DNA of 56,185 nt. Source: Bdellovibrionota bacterium (lineage in GTDB: Bacteria > Bdellovibrionota_C > UBA2361 > OMII01). The stretch is from assembly GCA_044356215.1 (NCBI GenBank), contig JBIKWQ010000011.1:1-56185 (forward strand). The letters are read 5' to 3'. Numbering within the stretch: the stretch's first letter is position 1; each line of letters starts with the position of its first letter. This document shows positions 31,322-41,656 of the stretch, piece after piece. The notes beneath the pieces were generated by a model. The model was not told the origin of the DNA, ran no database searches, and saw nothing but the letters and a program-made list of their open reading frames with translations. Position numbers and translations under genes: made by a program.

Positions 31322-32579
31322 GCAGATAGTAGTGATGAAGTTCGGCGGCACATCGGTCGGTGATGTGGCGCGAATAAAAAACGTCGCTGATATCGTTAAA
31401 ACTTATAAACAAGAGAACCCGGGTGTGGGAGTAGTGGTTGTTCTCTCCGCAATGGCGGGGGAGACAAACCGACTAGTCGCGCTTGCCAAGAGCTGCGTAG
31501 AGAGGCCCGCTCCGCGTGAGATGGACGTTCTTTTGGCGAGCGGAGAGCAGGTTACGGTGGCGTTATTGGCGATGCGCTTGCAGGAGCTAGGTTTTGTATC
31601 AAAGAGCTTGCTAGCGCCGCAGGCACGTATAAGCACCGATACGCGACACACTAACGCGCATATAGAAGAGATCGATTGCAACGTGATGCGCGAGGTATTA
31701 AGGCGAGATGGTATCCCAGTAGTCGCCGGATTCCAGGGAATAACCGACTCAGGAGATCTCACGACGCTAGGACGTGGTGGGTCTGACATTACAGCGGTCG
31801 CGATCGCGGCCGCCCTGAAGGCCAAGACATGTTTCATATATACTGATGTGCCGGGAGTGTTCTCGACGGATCCGCGGATCTGTCCAGAGGCGAAGTTGCT
31901 ACCAAGAGTGTCTCACGAGGAGATGCTAGAGATGGCTAGCCTCGGAGCGAAGGTTCTGCACACCCGTTCAGTTTATTTCGCGATGCGTTACAGCGTTCCC
32001 CTGGTTGTATTGTCGACCTTTGCTGGTCGCTTTGAGCCTGGTGTGAACGGAACATGGATAGTTTCTGAGGAGGAATTAATGGAGAAGCCAGTAGTCACGG
32101 GAGTTACTCATCGTCTCGATGAGGCGCAGATCACGATTCAGAAGATGCCGAGCGACATTCAAGCGATGTCTCGGCTTTTTGATGTTCTAGCGGAGCGCGA
32201 TGTCTATATCGATATGATCTCTCAAGAGAGCGTTGATAACGGGCGTCTAAATGTGAGCTTAACTGTGCCGGACGAGCAGAGCGCTATGGCGGTCGAAACT
32301 ATTCGTCAGATCGTCTCAGAGCTTAGCGCCACGGATGTATCCGTAGAGCGTGATATCGCCAAGGTGTCGGTGGTCGGGATTGGTATGCGCTATCACACAG
32401 GAGTCGCAGCGAGAGTTTTTAGGCGCTTGGCGTCTGAGGGAATCGACGTGCAGATGGTTAATACTTCAGAGATTAAGATGTCGGTTCTGGTAGCTCGCAA
32501 AAATTGTGAGGCGGCTGTTAGAGCTTTGCACGCTGAATTCGCCGAGGAGACCGCTGAGGCAGCCGTTAACGCCGGATAG
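31308..32579 (+). CDS. lysC: Aspartate kinase
   Basis: KFGGTSV, SAMAGET, TTLGRGGSD, TDVPGV, C-terminal ACT domains; internal MEKP may be a beta-subunit start. Confidence 0.96.
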   Translation: MSAFEQIVVMKFGGTSVGDVARIKNVADIVKTYKQENPGVGVVVVLSAMAGETNRLVALAKSCVERPAPREMDVLLASGEQVTVALLAMRLQELGFVSKSLLAPQARISTDTRHTNAHIEEIDCNVMREVLRRDGIPVVAGFQGITDSGDLTTLGRGGSDITAVAIAAALKAKTCFIYTDVPGVFSTDPRICPEAKLLPRVSHEEMLEMASLGAKVLHTRSVYFAMRYSVPLVVLSTFAGRFEPGVNGTWIVSEEELMEKPVVTGVTHRLDEAQITIQKMPSDIQAMSRLFDVLAERDVYIDMISQESVDNGRLNVSLTVPDEQSAMAVETIRQIVSELSATDVSVERDIAKVSVVGIGMRYHTGVAARVFRRLASEGIDVQMVNTSEIKMSVLVARKNCEAAVRALHAEFAEETAEAAVNAG

Positions 32580-32636
32580 TAGACTGATCCTAAGGAGACC
32601 AGACAAAAGCGCCTACGCGCATTTTGCGGCTCTTTG

Positions 32637-33263
32637 CTAACTACTCTTACCGCGGGTGTTCTCTTGTCGAATTACCCGTTTCTTTAGTGAATCAAAGAGC
32701 TCAAAAAAATTCTCCGGAAGCTCCGATTCGCCAGAAGACATATGGTGTCGAGCCGCGTCCCCTATGCGATCTAACATCTGCTGGGTAAGTTTAAGAGCCG
32801 TGTCGGGCCAGCTAACAAGCTGAGATAGATTTAACCTGGAAGGGAGGTCCCCGATCTTAGGAGGTTGAATCTGCATGCTACATAGAAAACGTACAAGAGG
32901 CAGTCCCCGATCGATGTCTTCGTCGTTAAATAGTAATCGCAAATGAGAGTCCGCCAGATCTAGTTGCTCCCGAAGAGATTGCATCTGCCCCAAGAGCTGG
33001 CTTTCTTTAAGGCTCGGGAAGTTCTTGGATAGCCGCTCCAAATCGCCCAGATCTCGCGCGAAGACCCGTGTCTGCCGGTGAAACTTCTCAAATAGCTCAA
33101 GTGTCTCCACCTCTTCAGGTGTAGCCCGTTTTCCAGACGCGACGGCAATGACTTTAGAGAAGATCCATCTGGCCATTACAAAGGCCGCGTACATCGCGAC
33201 TAGAGCGCAGAAAGCCAAACTTGCTTTAAATGCAGGAGATGCAGCTAGTGAATGAGAGTTCAT
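32637..33263 (-). CDS. Hypothetical protein with N-terminal TM helix
   Basis: Likely start ATG 33263 just after the lpxD stop; one hydrophobic segment followed by a helical domain. Confidence 0.55.
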   Translation of the reverse strand: MNSHSLAASPAFKASLAFCALVAMYAAFVMARWIFSKVIAVASGKRATPEEVETLELFEKFHRQTRVFARDLGDLERLSKNFPSLKESQLLGQMQSLREQLDLADSHLRLLFNDEDIDRGLPLVRFLCSMQIQPPKIGDLPSRLNLSQLVSWPDTALKLTQQMLDRIGDAARHHMSSGESELPENFFELFDSLKKRVIRQENTRGKSS

Positions 33264-33270
33264 TTGGTTT

Positions 33271-34311
33271 CTACCCTTCGGAGCCTCCACGCTCGCGTAG
33301 CGCGAGTCGTTTAATTGATGCCATCTGCCGTCTATAAAGCGTGGCTTTGACCGCCGGCATCCCCATATAGTCTCCGGGCTCAACTATATCAGAGGTAACC
33401 CCCGCATGGCCCCCGACTCGCACTCCGGAGGCGATGGTGACGTGATCCGCGACACCTGTTCCGCCCCCGAGAACCACTCCATCTCCCAAGGTGGCGCTTC
33501 CCGCTATACCAACTTGAGCGCAGATTAAGCAGTGAGAGCCGACAACTACATTGTGTCCGATCTGTACCTGGTTATCGATCTTCGTGCCTGCGCCGATCAT
33601 TGTCGAGCCTACAGCGGCGCGGTCGATATTGGTGTTTGCTCCGATCTCGACGCGATCACCGATTGTCACGGTTCCCACCTGCGGAACTTTTCTGATTCCC
33701 ATACTCGGATCCGGGAGATATCCGAAACCATCAGCCCCGATAACTGAGTTGTTGTGAATTACACATTCGTTGCCGATAACAGATCCCTCGCGCACAACTA
33801 CGCCACTGAAGAGCTCGCAGTTTTGACCTATGGAGACATCTCTGCAGATCGTCACGGAGTTGTGTAGCACAACTCCGTCCCCAATCCGGGCGCCCGGACC
33901 AACAACGCAAAACGGGCCAATCGCCACATTCGAGCCTATAGTAGCTGTTGAATCAATCAGCGCTGATGAGTGTATCTCCCGCCTGATCGGCTCAGACTCA
34001 TAGAATCGGTCTATTAAGTCTATAAAGGCCCTTTGTGCGCTAGGTACTACCACGAGCGAGCATTTAAGGGATCGTATCGCCTCCGGCTCAGGAAGTAGCG
34101 CTGATTCGACCAACACAACCATCTCAGGTAGCTTGATAAGCGAGCGCCAAGCGGCAGATGGGGATCGTCCACGAATGAAAGTAACTAGCCCTGGTTCAGC
34201 TCGATTTAGTGGGCATAAACCCATTACCGTTAAATCAGGATTACCATGGAGAGAAGCATTGAGGGACTCCGCGATCTGCTTCGCGGAGAGTGATGTTTTA
34301 ATCGGTTTCAT
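33271..34311 (-). CDS. lpxD: UDP-3-O-(3-hydroxyacyl)glucosamine N-acyltransferase
   Basis: Hexapeptide repeats, [26 protein letters not shown]. Confidence 0.95.
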   Translation of the reverse strand: MKPIKTSLSAKQIAESLNASLHGNPDLTVMGLCPLNRAEPGLVTFIRGRSPSAAWRSLIKLPEMVVLVESALLPEPEAIRSLKCSLVVVPSAQRAFIDLIDRFYESEPIRREIHSSALIDSTATIGSNVAIGPFCVVGPGARIGDGVVLHNSVTICRDVSIGQNCELFSGVVVREGSVIGNECVIHNNSVIGADGFGYLPDPSMGIRKVPQVGTVTIGDRVEIGANTNIDRAAVGSTMIGAGTKIDNQVQIGHNVVVGSHCLICAQVGIAGSATLGDGVVLGGGTGVADHVTIASGVRVGGHAGVTSDIVEPGDYMGMPAVKATLYRRQMASIKRLALRERGGSEG

Positions 34312-34332
34312 GGCAATACTTTACGATGAACC

Positions 34333-34369
34333 AAAAAAAACGGCACCTATCTGTTTCCAGATAGGTGCC
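34333..34369 (-). terminator. Intrinsic terminator
   Basis: 12-bp perfect stem GGCACCTATCTG-GAAA-CAGATAGGTGCC then G and T8 on the minus strand. Confidence 0.88.
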
Positions 34370-34468
34370 CCAGTGTCGAGCAACCGCTTCTCTAACAGTA
34401 GGCAAATGGGGAAGCTAAGTACATGGGGAGGGATTTTTTGCCTGCTATCTGATGATGCCGCTGCCCTA
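34333..34468 (-). ncRNA. Candidate ~135-nt small RNA or attenuator leader
   Basis: Own promoter, long stem-loop with C-rich loop, strong intrinsic terminator, no credible ORF. Confidence 0.6.
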
Positions 34469-34474
34469 TCTTTA

Positions 34475-34504
34475 AGCCTACTCCTGTAGGGGCGAGCGCG
34501 TCAA
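34475..34504 (-). promoter_or_regulatory. Putative sigma70 promoter of sRNA candidate
   Basis: Minus strand TTGACG-18 bp-TAGGCT, preceded by a short AT-rich stretch. Confidence 0.55.
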
Positions 34505-34605
34505 TAAAACACCGTATGCGAAAAGCCCGCAAATCGCGATCTTTCGGCGATTTTGGGCGGAAATAAGGGTATCTTCCCCTAGCATGGCTAGGGGATCCTT
34601 CTAAG

Positions 34606-35358
34606 TCATTTCGTAACTGCAGCCCGATAGGCGAGTTTAGCTATAAGAATGCTGATCAGATACAGCCCTAGCAGGGGTACCGCCATTAACAGCTGAGAGA
34701 AGACATCCGGCGGGGTAATTATAGCTGAAAGGATGAAGATAATGACTATTGCTTGGCGATACCAGCGGATTAGAAAGAGGTGATCAATAATTCCCAATCG
34801 GGCAAGTGCAAGTGTAATCAAAGGAAGTTCAAATACAGCGCCAAACCCGAGAAGCATCATCAAGGTCATTGAAACATGATCTCCTATTCTGATCGTTGGA
34901 GTCACATTTATCGAAGTGAATTCATCCCTAAAAAACGAGAGAGTTATCGGGAGCACAGTAGTGTAGCAGAAAGCCGCTCCTCCAATAAAAAGAATTGAAC
35001 TAGCCAGAACAAAAGGGATCACCCAGCGCCTCTCAGTCGCGTATAGCCCTGGAGCTATGAACGCCCAGATCTGGTAAAACAGGAACGGCGATGTGACTAA
35101 GCAACCGCAAAAGAGAGCCACCTTTACTTTTAATATCCACGCTTCAGCGGGTGATGTTCCAATTAAAGGAGCTCCGCTAAAACCATCTGAGTATGGGCGA
35201 CACAGGAGCTGGAATATCTCCCCTGAATACGAATAGCACCCGAGAGCGCCAATAACGATCGCTATAAGGCTTATAAAAATGCGCTTTCTAAGCTCTCTGA
35301 GGTGCTCCATTAATCCCATCTTGTAGGAGTGCGGGTCGTCGATGTGAGAGTTATTCAT
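34606..35358 (-). CDS. tatC: Twin-arginine translocase subunit TatC
   Basis: HLRELRKR, FIAPGLY..E, FELP, ITPPD; 6 TM. Confidence 0.95.
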   Translation of the reverse strand: MNNSHIDDPHSYKMGLMEHLRELRKRIFISLIAIVIGALGCYSYSGEIFQLLCRPYSDGFSGAPLIGTSPAEAWILKVKVALFCGCLVTSPFLFYQIWAFIAPGLYATERRWVIPFVLASSILFIGGAAFCYTTVLPITLSFFRDEFTSINVTPTIRIGDHVSMTLMMLLGFGAVFELPLITLALARLGIIDHLFLIRWYRQAIVIIFILSAIITPPDVFSQLLMAVPLLGLYLISILIAKLAYRAAVTK

Positions 35359-35708
35359 TTAATCTTCGCGTTGTCCGGCGCCGGGTCACTTTGGGTGATG
35401 GGTTGTGAGCTATCTGACTGAGACTCAGTGTTCGCGGCCCCAGAAGTCCCTCGCGACCCATCAGGGGGCGCTAGGACCTGAGCTTTCAGGGTTCTTAGGG
35501 CTTTCCCAGCAGCGTCGTATTCGCCCTTAAACTCCGCTGCAGGTGGATATACCGCGTTGTACCATTCGCGTCTTACCGAGTTAGTAACTTTTCGCAGGTC
35601 TCCCGTTAGCTTGCCGAATTGACGGGCTATCTGCGGAAGTTGCTCGGGTCCGAATAGCAGGAGAGCTACGACGCACACCACCAATATCTCGGCGAAATTA
35701 ACGTTCAC
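35355..35708 (-). CDS. tatB: TatA/TatB family subunit (TatB-like)
   Basis: E-hydrophobic TM-FGPEQLP amphipathic helix; overlaps the tatC start. Confidence 0.8.
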   Translation of the reverse strand: MNVNFAEILVVCVVALLLFGPEQLPQIARQFGKLTGDLRKVTNSVRREWYNAVYPPAAEFKGEYDAAGKALRTLKAQVLAPPDGSRGTSGAANTESQSDSSQPITQSDPAPDNAKIK

Positions 35709-35709
35709 A

Positions 35710-36423
35710 TTAGCCCCCTCGTAGAAGCACAAGATGTTGATACGCCATGAGTCCAGGCAAAGCGCGCGCTGCCCAGTGACGACACGGTATTAGCCCACCA
35801 TACAGCCTGTTGTTCGTGGCCCATCGCGGTAGCGCCAATTCAAAAGGCTCGATACTGGCCGAGATCTCCTTTATATGGGTTTTCTCGAGGCTAGAGCAAA
35901 GTTTGATGAGGCTTCTACGTGAGAAGAACTGCAGGTGGGTGCCGTCCATTATTCCAACAGACCGATACTCAAAGCTGCCCCAGAAGAATAAGGGTATCCG
36001 TACACTCCAATGCGCCACGTTCGGTACTGATATAAGGATTGATCCGCCTGGAGCTAGAAGATCGCGTAAGTTAGCGAGAAACACCGCTGGCTTCGCCAAG
36101 TGTTCAAGAACATCTAGGATTATAATCCAATCAAATTGCTCATTCTTAACCGGTGTAATGTCTGTGAGCACCCTGTCGTAGTGTTCGGCTAAAATTTCGT
36201 GAGCGCGTAGATCGATCTCTATAGCCACTAGCTCTTTAGGTGCCTCAGCTTTGATAGCTCGGCCGATTCCTCCCCCTCCAGCTCCAACATCGAGGATACG
36301 CTTCCCGGTTACCTGCCCCTTGAGGTGATTTAGCGCCCACCAATGACTAGAGCCCCTAAGGGGCTTAAAGTTGTACCTCTCATGCACCGGAGAGTTAAGA
36401 TCTTTTGACAGAATATCCAGCAT
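35710..36423 (-). CDS. Class I SAM-dependent methyltransferase
   Basis: ILDVGAGGG, DVLEH, ISVPNVAH, H...F motif typical of glycan-associated methyltransferases. Confidence 0.88.
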   Translation of the reverse strand: MLDILSKDLNSPVHERYNFKPLRGSSHWWALNHLKGQVTGKRILDVGAGGGGIGRAIKAEAPKELVAIEIDLRAHEILAEHYDRVLTDITPVKNEQFDWIIILDVLEHLAKPAVFLANLRDLLAPGGSILISVPNVAHWSVRIPLFFWGSFEYRSVGIMDGTHLQFFSRRSLIKLCSSLEKTHIKEISASIEPFELALPRWATNNRLYGGLIPCRHWAARALPGLMAYQHLVLLRGG

Positions 36424-36691
36424 GAACCTAAGTTTACGAGATTGTGGTTTTTCTTGGAGGGATCTTACTTAGTAATCGGACTGTTAACAATCGTTGACCT
36501 AAAAACAGCAGTTGCGGCTCTGGAAACGGCGCATCTGCTCAAAATCACTTCGGCCGTTGAGCATCTGCACCATTTCCATCCGCCTTAACTACCGTTTTTA
36601 GGTTGAAAAATAGTCCCCTGTACTGGAAAGGGACCTATGTATCGGCTAGGATAGCCAGGCCCAAAACCCCTGAATTCCGGTAACCCTAATT

Positions 36692-38128
36692 ATGTACAAT
36701 CCCCGCTTGCACTTTCACTTCATCGGCATAGGTGGCTCCGGCATGTCAGGACTAGCCGAGATCCTGCTCTCTTCAGGGTTCCAGGTTTCTGGGTCGGATA
36801 TCAAGAAGAGTGATATCTGTTCAAGGCTAGAGCAGCTGGGGGCTAATATATCGATCGGTCATTCCGCCGCTAATGTGCCAGCCACGGCGTCGCTTGTTGT
36901 TTACTCGTCGGCGGTAACGATGGCTAATCCCGAAGTTAAGGAGGCCAAACGGAGAAAGCTTCCGGTGGTACGGCGTGCAGAGGTCTTAGCGGAGCTAATG
37001 CGCTTGAAGTTTGGAGTAGGGGTAGCCGGCTCGCACGGCAAGACCACAACTACTAGCATGACCGCCACTATTCTTGATGCAGGCAAGCTAGACCCCACTG
37101 TTGTTATCGGTGGGCAGGTAAAAAGCTTGGGAACAGGAGGGCGACTCGGTCAAGGAGAGTACCTAGTTGCAGAGACCGACGAGAGCGACCGCAGCTTTCT
37201 TCTTCTAAAACCCACGGTCGCAATCGTCACCAACATTGATGATGAGCACATGAACGCCTACCGCTCTAGGCGCGATCTTGAGGACTCGTTTCGCAGATTC
37301 ATCGATTCCGTACCTTTTTATGGATTGGCGATCCTCTGTATTGATGACCCCGTCCTAAAACAGATCGCCACACAAACAACCAGGCGTGTTTTAACCTACG
37401 GATTCTCGCAGGAAGCGGAGCTATTCGCGTTTGATATAGTTCCTGGAAGGTCGGGAATGGAATTCTCGGTGGTTTATCGTGGAGCTCATTTAGGGCGATT
37501 CTCATTGCCGATGTTTGGTCGTCACCTGGTTCAGAATTGTTTGGGAGCGATCGCCGCTGGGCTTGAGTTCGGTTTATCGGTTGATGTGATCCGCGACGCT
37601 TTAGCTAAATTCGGCGGAGTTAAGCGTCGACTAGAGGTAGTTGGCAGCGCAAAGGGCATCACCGTAATGAATGATTATGGCCATCATCCAACGGAGATCA
37701 AAGCGACCCTGAAAGCGGTCAGGGAGTGTTTCGGGGCTACCGTGAAGAGGATAGTCGTGGTGTTCCAACCACACAGATACACTCGCACGCAGCTCTGCTG
37801 GGACCAGCTACGTCAAGCTTTCGGTGATGCCGACCACTTGATCATGAGTGAGATCTATCCAGCGAGTGAGGAGCCTATAGTTGGCGTTTCAGGAGAGGCG
37901 TTGCTGAATGAAACCCTTCATCCGAGCAAAGAGTTCTGTTTAACTCTCGACGCCGTGCCGGAGTTAATAAAGAACACGGCGCAAGAGGGCGATCTCGTGT
38001 TGTGCTTGGGAGCGGGGCCAGTAGGGGCTCTACCCGGTGAGCTACTCTCTGTTTTGCAAGGTGGAACTGACGCGGAGCGTACAGCAACGAATGCCCAGGA
38101 GCTAAAGGTGATCGCGGGTGGGCGCTGA
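36692..38128 (+). CDS. murC: UDP-N-acetylmuramate--L-alanine ligase
   Basis: GIGGSGMSG, GSHGKTTT, ETDESD, DYGHHPTE, FQPHRYTR. Confidence 0.97.
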   Translation: MYNPRLHFHFIGIGGSGMSGLAEILLSSGFQVSGSDIKKSDICSRLEQLGANISIGHSAANVPATASLVVYSSAVTMANPEVKEAKRRKLPVVRRAEVLAELMRLKFGVGVAGSHGKTTTTSMTATILDAGKLDPTVVIGGQVKSLGTGGRLGQGEYLVAETDESDRSFLLLKPTVAIVTNIDDEHMNAYRSRRDLEDSFRRFIDSVPFYGLAILCIDDPVLKQIATQTTRRVLTYGFSQEAELFAFDIVPGRSGMEFSVVYRGAHLGRFSLPMFGRHLVQNCLGAIAAGLEFGLSVDVIRDALAKFGGVKRRLEVVGSAKGITVMNDYGHHPTEIKATLKAVRECFGATVKRIVVVFQPHRYTRTQLCWDQLRQAFGDADHLIMSEIYPASEEPIVGVSGEALLNETLHPSKEFCLTLDAVPELIKNTAQEGDLVLCLGAGPVGALPGELLSVLQGGTDAERTATNAQELKVIAGGR

Positions 38129-39077
38129 TAACTTTAGCGCGGTGGCCGGTGAGCCTGGCGCGTTTAATCCAGATCTATTGCCGCGCGTGTCCGAGATAGT
38201 ATCAGGCCGGGTACGAGAGTCTGTTCCCGCGTCAACACTCACTACTATCGCCATCGGTGGGCCTTTGAGGGCCTTAATAACCGTAGAGAGCGTAGAAGAG
38301 CTAGCCGCGGTTCGCGCTTTATTGACCAGTGAAAACCAGAGCTCAAACGTCCTGGGATTTGGAAGTAATTTGCTCGTATCTGACCGAGGAGTTGATAGCT
38401 GGATAATAAAATTGGGCGGCTCATTCAAGGTGATTGAGAGTATTGGCCCAGGGCTTTTAAGACTGTCAGCCTCAGCGTCTCTAATGACGGTATCGAGAAA
38501 AGTTTCAGACGATGGGTTGTCAGGGCTAGAGTTCGCCGCCGGCATCCCGGCTTCAATCGGTGGGGCGGTTTATATGAACGCCGGCGCTCACGGTAGCGAG
38601 ATCTGCGAACGTATCGTGTCAGTAAGTGGGGTGCTTTCAGATGGTCAGATCGCCGAGTGGTCGCGTAACGAGCTACCTTGGCGCTACCGTTTCTCTGGAT
38701 TGCCGAGTGGGGCTGCGGTTACATCAGTAGTGTTGAAGCTAGTGTCAGGTGATCGCGAGAGTATTTCGCGGAGCTGTGCGGAGAATTTGGCGCATCGAAA
38801 GAGGACCCAGCCGCTCGCTCTTCCATCTGCCGGGTCGGTTTTTAAAAACCCGAGCCTAGAGGCTCCAGCAGGGCGCCTGCTAGAGGCGGCTGGCCTTAAA
38901 GGAAGTATTGTCGGTGGCGCGCGAGTCTCCGAGCTCCACGCCAACTGGATAGTTAATCCAGCAAAGAACGCCAGCGCGAAGGATGTCAGGGATCTCATGT
39001 CTCATTGCATCTCCAGGGTTGAAGCTACTTCAGGGATTACTCTCCAACCAGAAGTTCGACAGTGGGGGGAGTTCTAG
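38118..39077 (+). CDS. murB: UDP-N-acetylenolpyruvoylglucosamine reductase
   Basis: IGGP, GSNLL, GIPASIGGA..MNAGA, QP, SAGSVFKNP, HANW. Confidence 0.95.
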   Translation: MGADNFSAVAGEPGAFNPDLLPRVSEIVSGRVRESVPASTLTTIAIGGPLRALITVESVEELAAVRALLTSENQSSNVLGFGSNLLVSDRGVDSWIIKLGGSFKVIESIGPGLLRLSASASLMTVSRKVSDDGLSGLEFAAGIPASIGGAVYMNAGAHGSEICERIVSVSGVLSDGQIAEWSRNELPWRYRFSGLPSGAAVTSVVLKLVSGDRESISRSCAENLAHRKRTQPLALPSAGSVFKNPSLEAPAGRLLEAAGLKGSIVGGARVSELHANWIVNPAKNASAKDVRDLMSHCISRVEATSGITLQPEVRQWGEF

Positions 39078-39132
39078 CGTTTGTGCACTTTCTATCTCGG
39101 CTTATCTCTAAATCAGAGTTATACTGAACGTC

Positions 39133-39921
39133 ATGATGCGGACGGTCGTAACAATCTTAACCACAATAGGAGTCGGAGCGCTTCTCGCTCTTGATAACCC
39201 GAAAGGCTTTAGCGACCTCGTCAAATCATCCGAGGATAGAATAGTTCGCGCCTGGAACCAGAAAGAGGTACGCATAGATGGTCTGGAGGTTCTAAATCGC
39301 TCTGAGGTAGAGAAATTACTTCCGTTAGAGCGCTCTGTTCCGTGGTGGCATTTAAATGGAACCGAGATTCAGTCAAAGCTATCTCAGAACGCGTGGATCG
39401 ACCAAGCTAAACTCACATCCTGCCCTGACAGTTGGACGGATAAATGGGGGTGTTTTCTTGTTTCAATACAGGAGCGTAAGCCAACTTTCGTGGCGACCTT
39501 TGATAATACCTCTTGGGTGATTGATCGCGAAGGATCTTTCCTAGTCCCGTTAAATGAACTCAAGGCACGTAAGTTTTCAGGATCGTTGGTTGCTGTTAGG
39601 GGGGTGTCCGCGGATGGCAAATCTCCAGATCTCGTGAGGGCGCAGCTTTCGGTTGCCGCGAAGCTCCGCGAAACGTTAGAGCAGAGGATCTCAAAGCAGA
39701 TAGTTGGCTTAGAGTTTCTAGGTCACGGGGATTTCGCTGTTGCCTTTCAAGGGGTGCCTTTCCCTGTTGTTTTCGCGGCGGGTCAAGATGCGAAGGTCTC
39801 GCTCGATGAGCAAGGAGATCGCTGCGCGGCCTTACTTAATCAGCTCGCGCCCAGATTGTCCGAAGTAGAGAGCGTCGACCTAGCCTTTGATCGGGTAGGA
39901 GTGGTTCGGTTCAAGAAGTAG
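39133..39921 (+). CDS. ftsQ: Cell division protein FtsQ/DivIB (divergent)
   Basis: N-terminal hydrophobic segment, POTRA-like region (WI..A, IQERKP), C-terminal VDL; position between murB and ftsA. Confidence 0.75.
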   Translation: MMRTVVTILTTIGVGALLALDNPKGFSDLVKSSEDRIVRAWNQKEVRIDGLEVLNRSEVEKLLPLERSVPWWHLNGTEIQSKLSQNAWIDQAKLTSCPDSWTDKWGCFLVSIQERKPTFVATFDNTSWVIDREGSFLVPLNELKARKFSGSLVAVRGVSADGKSPDLVRAQLSVAAKLRETLEQRISKQIVGLEFLGHGDFAVAFQGVPFPVVFAAGQDAKVSLDEQGDRCAALLNQLAPRLSEVESVDLAFDRVGVVRFKK

Positions 39922-40050
39922 CTCTCGCTGGCGCTTATAAACCATTGCTCAAGATGCGGATCACCTCTTGCGACTCGCCCAAACTGTGTTTAATGTAGTT
40001 AAAGTAACTGCTTCTAGTTATAACTGTTGTTGTTTTAGCGCGAGTATTTC

Positions 40051-41283
40051 ATGCCAAATCCGTCGTCCATTATCGCTGGCCTTGATATCGGAACCTCATC
40101 CATAAAGATCGTAATTGGTGAGCGAAAAACTGATGGTTCAGTCGACATTATTGGAGTCGGCTCCAGTCCCTCTCGGGGACTCCGTAAGGGGGTTGTCGTT
40201 AACATCGAAGGTACGGTGAGCGCGATAGGACGTGCCGTAGCGCAGGCGGAGACGATGGCTGGATGCGAGGTCAGCTCAGTCTTGGCGACCATTTCCGGGA
40301 GTCATCTCAGATCTCAGAATAGCCACGGAATAGTAGCGGTAAAAGGGCAAGAGGTCTCGTCTCTCGATATTGAGCGTGTGATAGATGCGGCTAAAGCGGT
40401 GGCATTGCCGATGGACCGTGAGATCTTGCACGTAGTGCCGCAGGAATTCGTTATTGATGAGCAAGATGGTGTCAGAGATCCGATCGGTATATCAGGGGTG
40501 CGACTTGAGGCGCGTGTGCATATCATTACAGGGGCGATAGCCAGCGCGCAGAACATCGTCAAGTGCGCGAACAGATGTGGTTTGGCAGTACAGGATATAG
40601 TGGCGGCGCCTTTAGCAGCGAGCCGCGCTGTGTTGTCCCAGGAAGAGCAAGAGCTCGGAGTCTTGCTTCTCGATATCGGGGGTGGCACCTGCAGCATCTC
40701 AGTATTTCATGCGGGAGCGATCAAATTTACATCCGTGTTAGCAGTGGGCGGAAACCACATCACAAACGATATAGCTGCTGGCCTTAGAACGCCTCTGATG
40801 GCGGCGGAGAGAATCAAGTGTGAATATGGAACAGCTGTAACAGCAGGTGTTAGTAAGGCAGATATCATTGAAGTTCCTTCGGTTGGTGGGAGACCCCCAA
40901 GAGTCCTCTCTAAGATGTTGCTGGCTGAGATTATCGAGCCACGAGCCTCAGAGCTGTTCGCGTTGATTCAGCGCGAGATTATCAAAGCTGGATGTGAGGA
41001 TATGTTGACCAGTGGAGTGGTCATAACAGGAGGGAGCGCCAACTTGCCGGGTATTTCACAGGTGGCTGAGCACGTTTTCAATCTTCCAGTGAGGGTCGGG
41101 AATCCAACAGCCGTAGGTGGCTTGTTAGATTTAGTCAAGGGACCTGAGTATGCCGGCGCTGTGGGGCTAGTTTTACACGGGGCTTCTCAGGGAACCCTCG
41201 CCCGCAGGGGTGCTCATGCTGCCAGGGGTAGGGTAGGAAACGCTGTCAGGCGAGTCGCCGGATGGTTTAGTGAACATTTTTAG
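40051..41283 (+). CDS. ftsA: Cell division protein FtsA
   Basis: LDIGTSSI, GLRKG, DIGGGT, TGGSA, C-terminal amphipathic helix. Confidence 0.97.
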   Translation: MPNPSSIIAGLDIGTSSIKIVIGERKTDGSVDIIGVGSSPSRGLRKGVVVNIEGTVSAIGRAVAQAETMAGCEVSSVLATISGSHLRSQNSHGIVAVKGQEVSSLDIERVIDAAKAVALPMDREILHVVPQEFVIDEQDGVRDPIGISGVRLEARVHIITGAIASAQNIVKCANRCGLAVQDIVAAPLAASRAVLSQEEQELGVLLLDIGGGTCSISVFHAGAIKFTSVLAVGGNHITNDIAAGLRTPLMAAERIKCEYGTAVTAGVSKADIIEVPSVGGRPPRVLSKMLLAEIIEPRASELFALIQREIIKAGCEDMLTSGVVITGGSANLPGISQVAEHVFNLPVRVGNPTAVGGLLDLVKGPEYAGAVGLVLHGASQGTLARRGAHAARGRVGNAVRRVAGWFSEHF

Positions 41284-41656
41284 TAACTATCCAGCTTTTA
41301 GCTGGCAAAGCATGGCACTTTCGCTTCTTTAAGGTTAGTATAAGTAACTTGAAGTTAGGCCTGGTGTTTGCCGGGGAAACGCTGGCTGAACTTAGGACCC
41401 AAGCGGAGCCTTCTTTTTGCCTTAATGTAAAGAAACACCTTTTGTCTCTCTTTACTTTTATGGTCAAAGGTTAATAATGGGCGGCCGGTGGGGTATGGCA
41501 CAGGCCTCTGTGTGGGAGAGCCGATATAACAAGCAAAGCTGGATAATTTCTTAGTACAGTGGTGCTTTTTGTTCGGATTTTTTAAACGTGAGTGCTAAAG
41601 TGTCGGACGGTCAACAACTCGAATTTGATTTTCACAGAAGTGCGGAGGAACGGGTC

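Noticed and set aside
33264..33383. Extended N-terminus of the 248-aa ORF overlapping lpxD
   Set aside because: ATG 33263 directly after the lpxD stop is more plausible; the same reasoning shortens argJ to start at 6197
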